From the NCBI RefSeq assembly GCF_009914755.1, contig NC_060929.1: 64,000 bases of DNA, one strand, 5' to 3'. This DNA comes from the human T2T-CHM13v2.0 reference genome, Homo sapiens. How positions within the stretch are numbered: position 1 is the stretch's first letter; every line of letters starts with the position of its first letter. A model generated the notes under the pieces. That model had not been told where the DNA came from. It ran no database searches and saw nothing but the letters and a program-made list of their open reading frames with translations. Of this stretch, positions 17,311 to 31,050 are shown one piece after another. The position numbers and the translations under genes were made by a program.

Positions 17311-18724
17311 TTTGTTATTGTCATTTTAACTTTTACTTTAGGTTTTGGTGTACATGTGAAGGTTTGTTACACAGGTAAAGTCATGTCATGGGGATTTGTT
17401 GTACAGATTTTCTTTTTTATCACCAAGTTATTAAGCCGAGCATCAGTAGTTATCTTTTCTGCTCTTCTCGCTCCTCCCACCCTCCACCCTCAAGTAGATC
17501 CCAGTGTCTGTTGTTTTCTTCTTTGTGTTCATAAGTTTTCATTGTTTAGCTTCCACTTATAAGGGAGTACATGCAGTATTTGGTTTTCCGTTCCTGTGTT
17601 ATTTTGCTAAGGATAAGAGCCTTTAGCTCCATCCATGTTCTTGCAAAATACATGATCTCCTTCTTTATTATGGCTGCATAGTATTTCATAGTGTATATGT
17701 ACCACATTTTCTTAATCGAATCTACCATTGATGGACATTTAGGATGATTCTATGTCTTTGATATTGTGTTAGTACAGTAATGAACATTCTTGTGCATGTG
17801 TCTTTGTGGTAGAATGATTTATATTTCTCTGGGTACATACCCAGTAATGGGATTGCTGGGTTGAATGGTAGTTCTGCTTTTAGCTCTTTAAGGAATCACT
17901 ATACTGCTTTCCACAATGGTTGAAGTAATTTACACTCCAACCAACAGTGTGTTAGTCTTCCCTTTTCTCTGTAATTTTTGTAGCATCTGTTACTTTTTGA
18001 CTTTTTAATAATAGCTATTCTGACTGGTGTGAGCTGGTATCTCAATATGGTTTTGATTTGCATTTCCCTAATGATTAGTGATATTGAGCTTCTTTCATAT
18101 GCTTGTTGCCTGCATGTATGTCTTCTTTTGAGAAGTGTCTGTTCATGTCCTTTGCCCATGTTTTAATGGGATTGTTTTTCTCCTGTAAATTTGTTTAAGT
18201 TCTTTACAGATGCTGGATATTAAACCTTTCTCAGATGCACAGTTTGCAAATATTTTCTCCCATTCTGTAGGTTGTTTATTTACTCCATTGATAGTTTCTT
18301 TTGCTATGCAGAATCTCGTAAGTTTAATGAGATCCCACTTGTCAATTTTTGCTTTTGTTGCGATTGGTGTGTTTGTCATGAAATCTTTGTCCCTTCTTGT
18401 GTCCAAGATAGTATTCCCTAGGTTTTCTTCCAGAGTTTTTATAGTTTTCGGTTTTACATTTAAGTTTTAATCCATATTGAGTTGATTTTTGCATATGGAG
18501 TAAAGAAGGGGTCCAGCTTCAGTCTTCTACATATAGCTAGCCAGTTATCCCAGCACCATTTATTGAACAGAACGTCTTTTCCCCATTGATTATTTTTGTC
18601 AGCTTGTCAAAAAAAATCAGGGATTGTAGGTATGTGGTCTTATTTCTGGGCTCTCTATTCTCTTCCATTTGTCTGTGTGTCTGGTTTTATACCAGTTCTA
18701 TGCCGTTTTGCTTACTGTGCCCCT

Positions 18725-19024
18725 GTAGTACAGTTTTAAGTCAGGTAACATGACGTCTCCAGCTTTGCTCTTTTTGCTTAGAATTGCTTTTGCTATTCAG
18801 GCACTTTTTTGGTTCCATATGAATTTTAAAATAGCTTTTTTCTTGTTCTGTGAAAAATGTCATTGGTAGTATAATATAGTAGTGTAGTTTTAAGTCAGGT
18901 AGCATGACGCCTCCAGCTTTGTTCTTTTTGCTTACAGTTGCTTTGGCTATTTGGGCACTTTTATGGTTCCATATGAATTTTAAATTAGCTTTTTACTTGT
19001 TCTGTGAAAAATGTCATTGGTAGT
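18725..19024. repeat. ~146-bp tandem duplication (period 154) inside L1PA
   Basis: gtagt..agttttaagtcaggta...gaaaaatgtcattggtagt at 18725-18870 and 18879-19024, separated by an 8-nt spacer. Confidence 0.9.
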
Positions 19025-20236
19025 TTCATAGGAATAGTATTGAATATGTAAATTATTTTGAGCAGTATGGCCATTTTAATGATATTGATTCTTCCTATCC
19101 ATGAGCACGGAATGTTTTTCCACTTGTGTCATCTCTGACTTCTTTGAGCAGTGTTTTATAATTCTCATTGTAGAGATCTTTCACCTCCCTGGTTAGCTGT
19201 ATTTCTAGGTATTTTGTTCATTTTGTGGCAATTATAAATGGGATTGCCTTTCTGATTTGGCTTTTGCCTGGGCTGTTATTGTTGTATAAAAATGCTAGTG
19301 AGTTTTGTACGTTGATTTTGTATCCTGAAACTTAGCTGAAGTTGTTTATCAGATCAAGGAGCTTTTGGGCAGAGACTATGGGATTTTCGAGATAAAGAAT
19401 CATATTGTCTGCAAATAGAGATAGTTGACTTCCTCTCTTCCTATTTGGATGCCCTTTATTTCTTTCTATTGCCTGATTGCTCTGGCTAGGACTTCCACTA
19501 CTGTGTTGAATAGGAGTGGTGAGAGAGGACATCCTTACCTTGTTCAGGTCTTCAAGGGGAATGCTTTCAGCTTTTGCCCAATCAGTATGATGTTGGTTGC
19601 GGGTTTGAAACAGATGACTTTTATTACTTGAGTTATGTTTCTTCAATACCTAGTTTATTGAGAGGTTTTAACTTGAAGGGGTGTTGAAATGCATCAAAAG
19701 TCTTTTCTGGATTGATTGAGATATGGTGGTGTTTGCGTTTAGTTTTGTTTATGTGATTAATAACACTTGTTGAATTGCATGTTGAACCAATCTTGCAGCC
19801 CAAGGATGAAGCCTGCTTGATCATGGTGGATTAAGTTTTTGGTTTGCTGCTGGATTCAGTTTGCTAGTATTTTGTTGAGGATTTTTGTATCAAAGTACAC
19901 TAAGGATATTGACCTGAAGTGTTCTTTTTTGTTGTGTCTCATAGGTTTTGGTATCAGGATGATGCTGGCCTCATAGAATGAGTTGGGAAAAAGTTACTAC
20001 TCCTTATTTTTGTGGAATAGTTTTTGTAGGAAAAGTACCAGCTGCTCGTTGTACATAATTGGTAGAATTCAGCTGTGAATCCATCAGGTCCTGGGATTTT
20101 TTTTTCCCTGTTGGTAGGCTATTTATTACTGATTCAATTTCAGAGCTCCTTATTGGTCTGTTCAGGAAATCAATTTTTTCCTGGTTCTGTCTTGGGAGGG
20201 TGTACATGTCTAGGAATTTATCCATCTCTTCTAGAT

Positions 20237-22517
20237 TGATATGGTTTGGCTGTGTCCCCACCCAAATCTCATCTTGAATTCCCACATGTTGTAGGAGGGA
20301 CCCAGTGGTAGGTAACTGAATCATGGGGGCAGGTCTTTCCTGTGCTGTTCTCATGATAGTGAATAAGTCTCACAAGATCTGATGGCCTTATAAGATGGAG
20401 TTTCTCTGCACAAGCTCTCTCTTTGCCTGCTGCCATCCACGTAAGATGTAACTTGCTCCTCCTTGCCTTCCACCATGATTGTGAGGCCTCCGCAGCCATG
20501 TAGAACAGTAAGTCCATTAAACCCGTTGCTTTTGTAAATTGTCCAGGCTTGGGTGTGTCTTTATCAGCAGCATGAAAATAACTACAGTAAATTGGTACCA
20601 AGAGAGTGGGGCACCGCTGAAAACATACCCAAAAATGTGGAAGTGACTTTGGAACTGAATAACAGGAACAGGTTGGAACAGTTTAGAGGGCCTATAAGAA
20701 GATAGGAAAATGGGGGAAAGTTTGGAACTCCCTAGAGACTTCCTGAATGGCTTTGACCAAAATGCTGATAATGATGTGGACAATGAAATCCAGGCTGAGG
20801 TAGTCTCAGATGAAGATGAGGAACTTGTTGGGAACTGGAGCAAAAGTGATTCATGTTATGTTTTAGCAAAGGGAATGCAGCATTTTGCCCTTGCCCTAGA
20901 GATCTGTGGAACTTCAAACTTGAGAGAGATGATTTAGGGTATCTGGCAGGAGAAATTTCTGAGCAGCAGTGCATTCAAGAGGTGACTTGGGTGCTGTTAA
21001 AGCTATTTAGTTTTATAACGGAAAGAGAGCATAAAAGTTTGGAAAATGTGCAGCCTGACAATGTAATAGGAAAGAAAATCCCATTTTCTGAGAAGAAAGT
21101 CAAGCCAAATGCAGAAATTTGCATAAGAAACAAGGAAACAAATGTTAATCACCAAGATAATGGGGAAAATGTCTCCAGGAATTTTCAGAGATTTTCACAG
21201 CAGCCCCTCCATCACAGGCACAGAAGCATAGGAGGAAAAGGTGGTTTTTTGGGCTAGGCCCAGGGTCCCCATGCTGTCTGCAGCCTCTTGACTTGGTGCC
21301 CTGCATCCCAGCTGCTCCAGCCATGGCTGAAAGGGGCCAACATAGAATTTGGGCTGTGGCTAAGGAGGGTGAAAGCCTGAAGCCTTGGCAGCTTCCACAT
21401 GACGCTGAGCCTGCCAGTGCACAGAAGTCAAGAATTGGGGTTTGGGAAATTCTGCCTAGATTTCAGAGGATATATGGAATTGCCTGGATGTCTAGGCAGA
21501 AGTTTGCTGCAGGGGTGGGGCTCAAATGGAGAACCTCTGCTAGGGCAGTGCAGAAGGGAAATGTGGGGTCAGATATCCCACACAGAGTCTGTACTGGGGT
21601 ACCACCGTGTGGAGCTGTGAGAAGAGGGCCACCATCCTCCAGACCTCAGAATGGTAAATCCATTGACAGCTTGCACCATGCGCCTGGAAAAGCTGCAGAC
21701 ATTCAATGCCAGCCTGTGAAAGCAGTCAGGAGGGAGGCTGTCCCATGCAAAGCCCCAAGGGTGTAGCTGCCCAAGACCATGGGAACCCACCTCTTGCATC
21801 AGCATGACCTAGATGTTAGACCTGGAGTCAAAGGAAATCATTTTGGAGCTTTAAGATTTGACTGCCCCACTGGATTTTGGACTTGCATGGGGACTATAGC
21901 CCCTTTGTTTTGGCCAATTTCTTCCATTTGGAATGGCTGTATTTACCCAGTGCCTGGACCCCTACTATATCTAGGAAGCAATGAACCTGCTTTTGATTTT
22001 ACAGGCTCATAGGTGGAAGGAACTTGCCTTGTCTAGGATGAGACTTTGGACTGTGGACTTTTGAGTTAATGCTGAAATGAGTTAAGACTTTGGGGGAATT
22101 GTTGGGAAGGCATGATTGGTTTTGAAATATGAGGACATGAGATTTGGGAGAGGCCAGGCATGAAATGATATGGTTTGGCTCTGTTCTTACCCAAATCCCA
22201 TCTTGAATTCCCATGTGTTGTGGGAGGGACCTGGTGGGAGGTAATGGAATCATGGGGGCAGGTCTTTCCCGTGCTGTTTTCATGATAGTGAATTAGTCTC
22301 ATGAGATCTGATGGCCTTATAAGGCGGAGTTTCTCTGTACAAGCTTTTCTTGCCTGCCGCCATCCAAGTAAGGTGTAACTTGCTCCTTCTTGCCTTTCAT
22401 CATAGTTTTGAGGCCTCCCCAGCCATGTGGAACTGTAAGTCCATTAAACCTCTTTCTTTCATAAATTGCCCTGTTTTGGGTATGTCCTTATCAACAGTGT
22501 GAAAATGGACTAAAACA
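20237..22517 (+). mobile_element. Full-length THE1 (THE1B-like) MaLR element: 5' LTR 20237-20586, internal 20587-22165, 3' LTR 22166-22517
   Basis: Both LTRs start tgatatggtttggct and end ...aca. Internal region starts gtaaattggtacca, with typical THE1-int ORF remnants (ESLELPRDFLNGFDQNADND). 5-bp TSD tagat/taggt. Confidence 0.96.
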
Positions 22518-24134
22518 TAGGTTTTCTAGTTTGTGTGCATAGAGGTGTTCAGAGTAGTTTCTGATGGTTATTTTTATTTTTGTGGGGTCAGTGGTAACAT
22601 TCCCTTCATCATTTCTAATCACGTTTATTTGGATTTTCTCTCTTTTCTTCTTTATTACTGTAGCTCTTTGCCTATCTGTCTGATTCATTAATCTTTTGAA
22701 TGGTTCTTTATGTCTCAATTTCCTTTGGCTCAGCTCTGATTTTGGTTATTTCTTGTCTTCTGCTAGCTTTGGGGTTGATTTGTTCTTGTTTCTCAAATTC
22801 TTTCAGTTATGATGTTAGGTTGTTAATTTGAGATCTTTCTAACTTTTTGATGTGGGCATTGAGTGCTGTGAATTTCCCTCTTAACACTGCCTTAGCAGTG
22901 TCCCAGAGATTCTTTTTTCTCATTAGTTTCAAAGAAATTTTTGATTTCTATGTTAATTTCTTATTTACCCCCAAATAATTCAGAAGCATGTTGTTTAATT
23001 TTTATTTAATTGCATGGTTTTGAGCAATGCTCTTGGTCTTGACTTCTATTTTTATTTCACTGTGGTCTGAAAGTATGCTTGGTATGATTTCAGTTCTTTC
23101 GCATTTGTTGAGGATTGTTTTATGTCCAATTATGTGGTCAGTTTTAGAGTATGGACTTTGAACTCCATACTTTAGTCATACCTATTAATGTTTGCATATT
23201 GGGAAATGCAGCTCTAGGCTGTTCACCACTTTGAAATACTATTCCGATAAGAGGAGGCACAATGCAATTATTTAGATTTTCTCATAATAAATTACCATTA
23301 TATTGCAGACCTGTATGGGAGATTACATGTAGATGTCCTTAATTGAAGTTTTGGCTGTTTGCTAACTCACTTATGACCTCACTTCACCAGTTTCCGAAGT
23401 GTTGGGGGAGAGGAGAAGGAGGCTAACTCACCTTCCTGCAAGGTACTTTGTTATCTATGTAAAGGGAGCACAAAGACATTTCACATAAATGATGTTTTTG
23501 GCTTCCAATTTTTTTAAGTTATATAGTAGCAGCTTCACTTAATGAATGACCTGGCTGTGTCCATAAGATATTAAGTCATTAAAATATGCTAATAGGAGGA
23601 GGATGGAAGATACAAATCTACTTTATTTGATTTCCCTACAGAACATTCTCACTGACCCTTATTCTTGAACCTGAATGAAAAACAACAACCAGAAGCCAAT
23701 ACTGACCTCATTCACGTTAATCCATTGCAGAATACTGTCCGTGGAGTCAAAAACACAAGAAACAATCAATAAGAGATTAAAACCAGTTTATTTTGTCTCT
23801 AAGACATTTCTCCTCAGGTTGATAGATGCAAAAGTGAACAACAGTAAAATAGTCATGCATATAATTCATCTTCTCACAGAGAATTATAACTTTAAAAACA
23901 CAGACTTACAATCTGTAAGTCAGGAAGGAGGAAGGCCGTTTTTAGAGAGCAAGACCCTCATATAGTATGTCATTACCAATAAGTTTACTCTGCTTTTTAT
24001 TTAAGAATAAAGAAACTGAATACTTGAAATTCATTTTTCTTACTTCTGCCAGTTGTTTACTGTTGTTTACCGAGAACATAGCTTATTTTATACCTCATAG
24101 AGTTCCTGCATTTTCCTGAGTCACTGTTACTTGG

Positions 24135-24990
24135 TCACTCACTGAATACATTTTATTGAGGGTTTACCAATTGCCAGTCACTGTTGTAGGTGCTGTGGGG
24201 CAAGTGAGATTAAGACCTTGCCCTCTAAGTAATATTAAATAGATGATAATGTGATAGCAAGTGACAGCTGGAGTGAGAGACTGTGCTTGAGTTAGGGTAA
24301 TCAAGAAAGGTCTCATAGAAGAAGTGGTTAGGTAAGACTGGGTGTAGTCATGTGAAGATGTAGAGAAGAACTTTCCAAGCAGAAGAGACACAAAATGCAA
24401 AAGCTATGAGATGGGCAAGAGCATATGTGTTAATAAGACAGAAGGAAAGCCTGTGTGGATGAGCAATGGGAAAAGAGAAGAGAAAAGAAAAGAAAGATGA
24501 AGTCTGAAGTCTAAGGAACAGGAACAAGTCTGAATCTTGTACAGCCTTGTAGCCCATGGTAAGGAGTTTAAAGTTTATTCTGGTGGAGATGGGGAGCATT
24601 GATGGGTTTTTAAGTAGGTGCATGATATTATCCAACTTGTAATTTAGAAAATCACTCGAGCATGCTTCTAGGGAGGGTTATTGTAAATTGAGAATGCATC
24701 ACAGTGAAAACGGAGAGAAGGCTGCCGCAGTAGTTCAGGCAAGAGGTAATAATATCTAGGACTAAGATTATATTGAAGATAATAACTAATGGATTCAGGA
24801 TTAATTTTTCTTGTAGATAGTACTTAACTATTGAACAAAATATTAGATGTGAAGAAAAGTTTAAAATGAAAGGATCACAATGGGTTTTGGTGTAAGGAAC
24901 TAATTGGACAGATAGTGGTGCCGTTTTATGAGTAGGGAAACTTAGTGAATTTAAGGAGGATGGAATAAATTGTCCTGTTTTGGCTGTTAA
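24135..24990 (-). mobile_element. L2 LINE fragment
   Basis: cactcactgaatacattttattgaggg...gccttgtagcccatggtaaggagtttaaagtttattct...gcagtagttcaggcaagagg are antisense L2 hallmarks. Confidence 0.75.
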
Positions 24991-25349
24991 GTCAGGGGGA
25001 GTATTTGCAGTATGGGCTGTAACAAGGGAGAAACAGAAGGATACTTCCTACCATTAGCATCCTGCTGATGATGCAAAAACATTGAGAATTATATAACAGC
25101 AGCTCTACTTGCTCCATCCTGCTTTTGTTCTCATAAGCCCTCCTTGTGTTAAGTCCTGCAATTAAATACCTAAGCATATCTGAATTTTTTGGTTTTTGAG
25201 GACTCTTGCCTCAAAAATAATAATAATAGTTTACACTAGTTTTACTCTTGTAAAATGACCTCTAGATTAGCTAATACAATTTTTTCATCACTGGTGCTTA
25301 AAATGTATTATTTAATTAACATTAAATGGGAAAATAGATTTATAAAGAA

Positions 25350-27447
<2,098 letters not shown>

Positions 27448-27619
27448 CACTTTGGGAGGCCAAGGCAGGCGGATCACAAGTCAGGAGATTGAGACCATCC
27501 TGGCTAACACAGAGAAACCTCATCTCCACTAAAAATAAAAAAATTAATTTCGTGGATGTGGTGGCACACGCTTGTAGTCCCAGCTACTCGGGAGGCTGAG
27601 ACAGGAGAATTGCTTGAAC
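27448..27619 (+). mobile_element. Alu (AluSc-like) fragment truncated at both ends
   Basis: cactttgggaggccaaggcaggcggatcacaagtcaggagattgagacc...ggagaattgcttgaac, then an abrupt switch to L1. Confidence 0.85.
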
Positions 27620-28650
27620 AGGATTTTGTTCTTTTTATGCCTGCATAGTAGTTCATGGTATATAAGCACCACAGTTTTTAAAATCCAATCCACCACTGAT
27701 GGTCACCTAGGTTGACCATGGTTTGCCATTGTTTATAGTGCTGTGATGAACATGCCTGTGTTACTGTGGTAATATTACTTGGCAGTTTTTCTTTGGATAT
27801 ATACCCAGTAATGGGATGGCTGGGTCAAATGGTAGTTCTGAGAGGTGAAGCCAGTTGGACTTCCTGGGTCCAGTGGGGACCTGGAGAACTTTTCTATCTT
27901 ACAAGGGGATTGTAAAATGCACCAATCAGAGCTCTGTAAAAATGTACCAATCAGCACTCTGTAAAATGCACCTAACAGTGCTCTGTAAAACGCACCAATC
28001 AGTGCTCTGTAAAACGCACCAATCAGCAGGATCCTAGAGATAGCCAATTGCAGGGAGGATTGAAAAAAGGGCACTCTGATGGGACAAAAATGGAACATGG
28101 GAGGGGGCAAATAAGGGAATAAAAGCTGGCCACTCCCACCAGCAGTGGCAAACTGCTCCGGTCTCCTTCCATACTGTGGAAGCTTTGTTCTTTCGCTCTT
28201 CACAATAAACCTTGCTACCACTCACTCTGGGTCCATGCCATATTTAAGAGCTGTAACACTCACCACGAGGGTCTGCGGCTCCATTCTTGAAGTCAGCAAG
28301 ACCATGAACCCACTGACAGGAACCAACTCCAGACACAGTTCTATTTTAAGTTCTTTAAGAAATCTCCAAACTGCTTTCCACAGCAGCTGAACTAATTTAC
28401 CTTCTCACCAACTGTGTATAAGCATTCCCTTTTCTCTGCAGCTTTACCCAACATCTGTTGTCTTTTTCACCTTTTAATAATAGCCATTCTGACTGGTGTG
28501 AGATGCTATTCATTACGGCTTTGATTTATATTTCTCTGATGATTAGTGATGTAGAGCATGTTTGTCATGTTTGTTGGCCTTTTGTATGTCTTCCTTTGAG
28601 AAGTGTCTGTTCTTGTCTTTTGCCCATTTTTTAATGGGGTTATTTATTAG
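27620..28650 (-). mobile_element. L1P ORF2 3' segment (non-inverted arm), interrupted by LTR12F
   Basis: Antisense L1 (ggatatatacccagtaatgggat...; ctccaaactgctttccacagcagctgaactaatttac; ttgcccattttttaatggggttatt). Confidence 0.85.
27839..28337 (+). mobile_element. ERV9 solo LTR, LTR12F-like
   Basis: Starts tgagaggtgaagccagttggacttcctggg; tandem gcaccaatcag(c/t)gctctgtaaaa CCAAT units; gggaataaaagctggcc; ends agacaca; 4-bp TSD gttc. Confidence 0.92.
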
Positions 28651-28659
28651 TTGAGCGTT

Positions 28660-29585
28660 CAATCAAGAACACAGTCTCATTTACAATCACCCAACAAGAT
28701 AAAATACCTAGGAATACATCTAACCAAAGAGAGGTGAAAGATATCTGCAAGGAGAACTACAAAACACGGTTGAAAGAAATCATAGATGACAAGAACGAAT
28801 GGAAGAACATTACATATTTATGGATTGGAAGAATCAATATCATTAAAATGGCCATACTACTCAAAGCAATATACAGATTCAACAATATTCCTATCTAACT
28901 ACCAACATCATTTTTCACAGTATTGGAAAAAAATTCTAAAATTTATATGAAATCAGAAAAGAGCCCAAATAGCCAAAGCAATCCTAAGCAAAAAGAACAA
29001 AGCCAGAGGCATCTCATTACCTGAGTTCAAACTATGCTATAAGGCTACAGTAACCAAAACTGGATGGTATGGGTACAAAAACAGACGCAAAGACCAACGG
29101 AGCAGAATAGAGAGCCCAGAAATAATACCACACACCTACAGCCATTTGATCTTTGACAACGTCAACAAAAATAAGCACTGGAGAAAGGACTTCCTATTTA
29201 ATAAATGGTGCTGGGACAGTTAGCTATCCACGTGTGGAAGAATAACACTGGACCACTATCTTTCACTAGACTCAAAACTTAACTCAAGATGGATTAAATA
29301 TTTAAATGCAAGACCATAAACTATAAGAATCCTAGGGAAACAAAATCATAAGAAACACTGTTCTGGACATCAGCCTTGGTAAAGAATTTATGACTAAATC
29401 CTTAAAAGCAGCTGCAACAAAAACGCAAATTGATGAATGGGACCTAATTAAACTAAAGAGCTTCTGCACAGCGAAAGAAACTGAAGAGTGTAAACAGGCA
29501 ACCTACAGAATGAGTGAAAATTTCCAAAAAATATGCATCTGACAAAGGTCTAATATCCAGAATCTACAAGAAACTTAGACAATTG
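28660..29585 (+). mobile_element. L1P ORF2 segment, inverted arm of the same insertion
   Basis: Sense L1 ORF2 (aaaatacctaggaatacatctaacc...aaatggtgctggga...ccagaatctacaagaaactt) ending where the minus arm begins in the L1 consensus. Confidence 0.85.
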
Positions 29586-29589
29586 GATG

Positions 29590-30660
29590 AGAAGTCTATT
29601 ATTTTTATACAGATGAAAAATAAGATGAAATATTTCATATTTACTAACATGCATGCCATTTCCAGGGCTCTTTAATTTGTATGGATCCAGCTTACAATCT
29701 AGTATTATATTCCATTTGGTAAAATACTTTTTTAAGATTTTACATGGTGGAAGTCAATCTACTTTCTCTAATTTTTAAATATTTTGTATATGTGAACCTT
29801 TATTTTACTTTTGTTTCTGAAAGATGCTTTTGGTGGGTACAGATAACAGGGTGTGTTTTGCTTCAGAATTTTAAAATATTTCTCCACTACCTTCTAGCTT
29901 GCACTGTTTCTGACAAAAAATCTGTTACGTTGTACATAATGTCTTTGTTCTCTATCTACTTTTAAGATTTACTCTTTATCACCGGTTTTAATGAATTTCA
30001 TTAGGATGTGCCTTAGTGTGTCTTTTTTCGTGATTTTGTGGAGTTCATTGAATTTCTTATATTTGTGTGGCTATACTATTCTTCTAATTTGGAAAAGTAT
30101 TTAAACATTTTTTTTCCTTCCCTTTCTACTGTCCTCTGGGAATCCAATTCCATGCATATTAGACAGATTTAAAGTATCCTACAGCTCACTGAGACATTAT
30201 TTTTCTTTTTGGTTCTTTTAATTTTGAATAATTGACATTGCTATTTTCTCAAGCTATTATTTTCTTCTGCAATAACTAATTTTCTGCTAACCTTAGTGTA
30301 TTTTTCACCTTAGGAATTGTAATATTCATTTCTAGACATTTGATTTGTATCTCTCTTTAATTTTCCATAATTCTACTTAACATATTCAATCTTTTCTCTA
30401 TCTTCTTAAACATATGAAACATGGTTATAGTAGCTGTTTTAATGGTTTTGTCTACTAATTTTATCATTTATAGTTTATACATTATAAATTCTATCTTCTT
30501 AGATACTTTATAAGCATTTCTATAAATATCACTAAACTTTTTTCTTAGTCACAGTTAAGTTTCTTGGAAATAGGTTTATCCTTTAAAACTTGCTTTTAGG
30601 CTTCATTAATTCATATCAAAGCAGACTTTAGTTTAGGGCTATTTTGCTTGATTCCTGAGG
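29590..30660 (-). mobile_element. Old L1ME continuation
   Basis: ccactaccttctagcttgcactgtttctgac...tttaagattttactctttatcac...ctaatttggaaaag. Confidence 0.65.
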
Positions 30661-30679
30661 ACAAAAAGTTTGGAAACAC

Positions 30680-31050
30680 CAATGTAGCTAGAGTTCACAG
30701 AGCAAAGTACTAGAGAGGAGAGGAGTGCACAGAAAGAGAGAGAGAGAACCTTACGAATCTACAGTGTCCCCATCAGCCTTCATCTAAGTACTAATCGGTG
30801 TATGTGTGCAAATAAACTACAAAGGCTGGGAAAATAACTGCATAATAATGAGAGGGAACAACTGTCTAGGGTAAAGTGCTAAGAATGCATTTTGTCCATA
30901 CCAGCCATGGTAGAAAAGTTTTGATAGGCAACCAGGACTATGGTCTCTAAAAGAAAGAAAACAAATTATTGACAGGCATCAGGTGGAATACTCAGAAGTC
31001 TATTATAGCCTCAGGAATCAGGCAAAATAGCCCTAAACTGAAGTCTGCTT
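30680..31050 (+). mobile_element. Probable L1M 5'-region fragment
   Basis: gcaaagtactagagaggagaggagtgcacagaaagagag...aagtactaatcggtgtatgtgtgcaaataaactacaaaggctggg resembles L1MC/MD 5' ends. Confidence 0.45.

Larger units (their letters stand above)
17320..23152 (-). mobile_element. 5'-truncated L1PA (L1PA13-16-like), split by THE1 provirus
   Basis: 3' UTR ctcctcccaccctccaccctcaagtagatcccagtgtctg; ORFs 17546-18406 and 19332-19824 encode ORF2 fragments ([41 protein letters not shown]); sequence resumes after 22517. Confidence 0.92.

Noticed and set aside
20710-22012. ORFs of 73-157 aa in THE1 internal region
   Set aside because: Fragmented remnants of the MaLR internal ORF, broken by stops and frameshifts
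20237-22517. PRDM9 hotspot motif in THE1 LTRs
   Set aside because: The LTRs read cctccgcagccat and cctccccagccat; neither matches CCNCCNTNNCCNC
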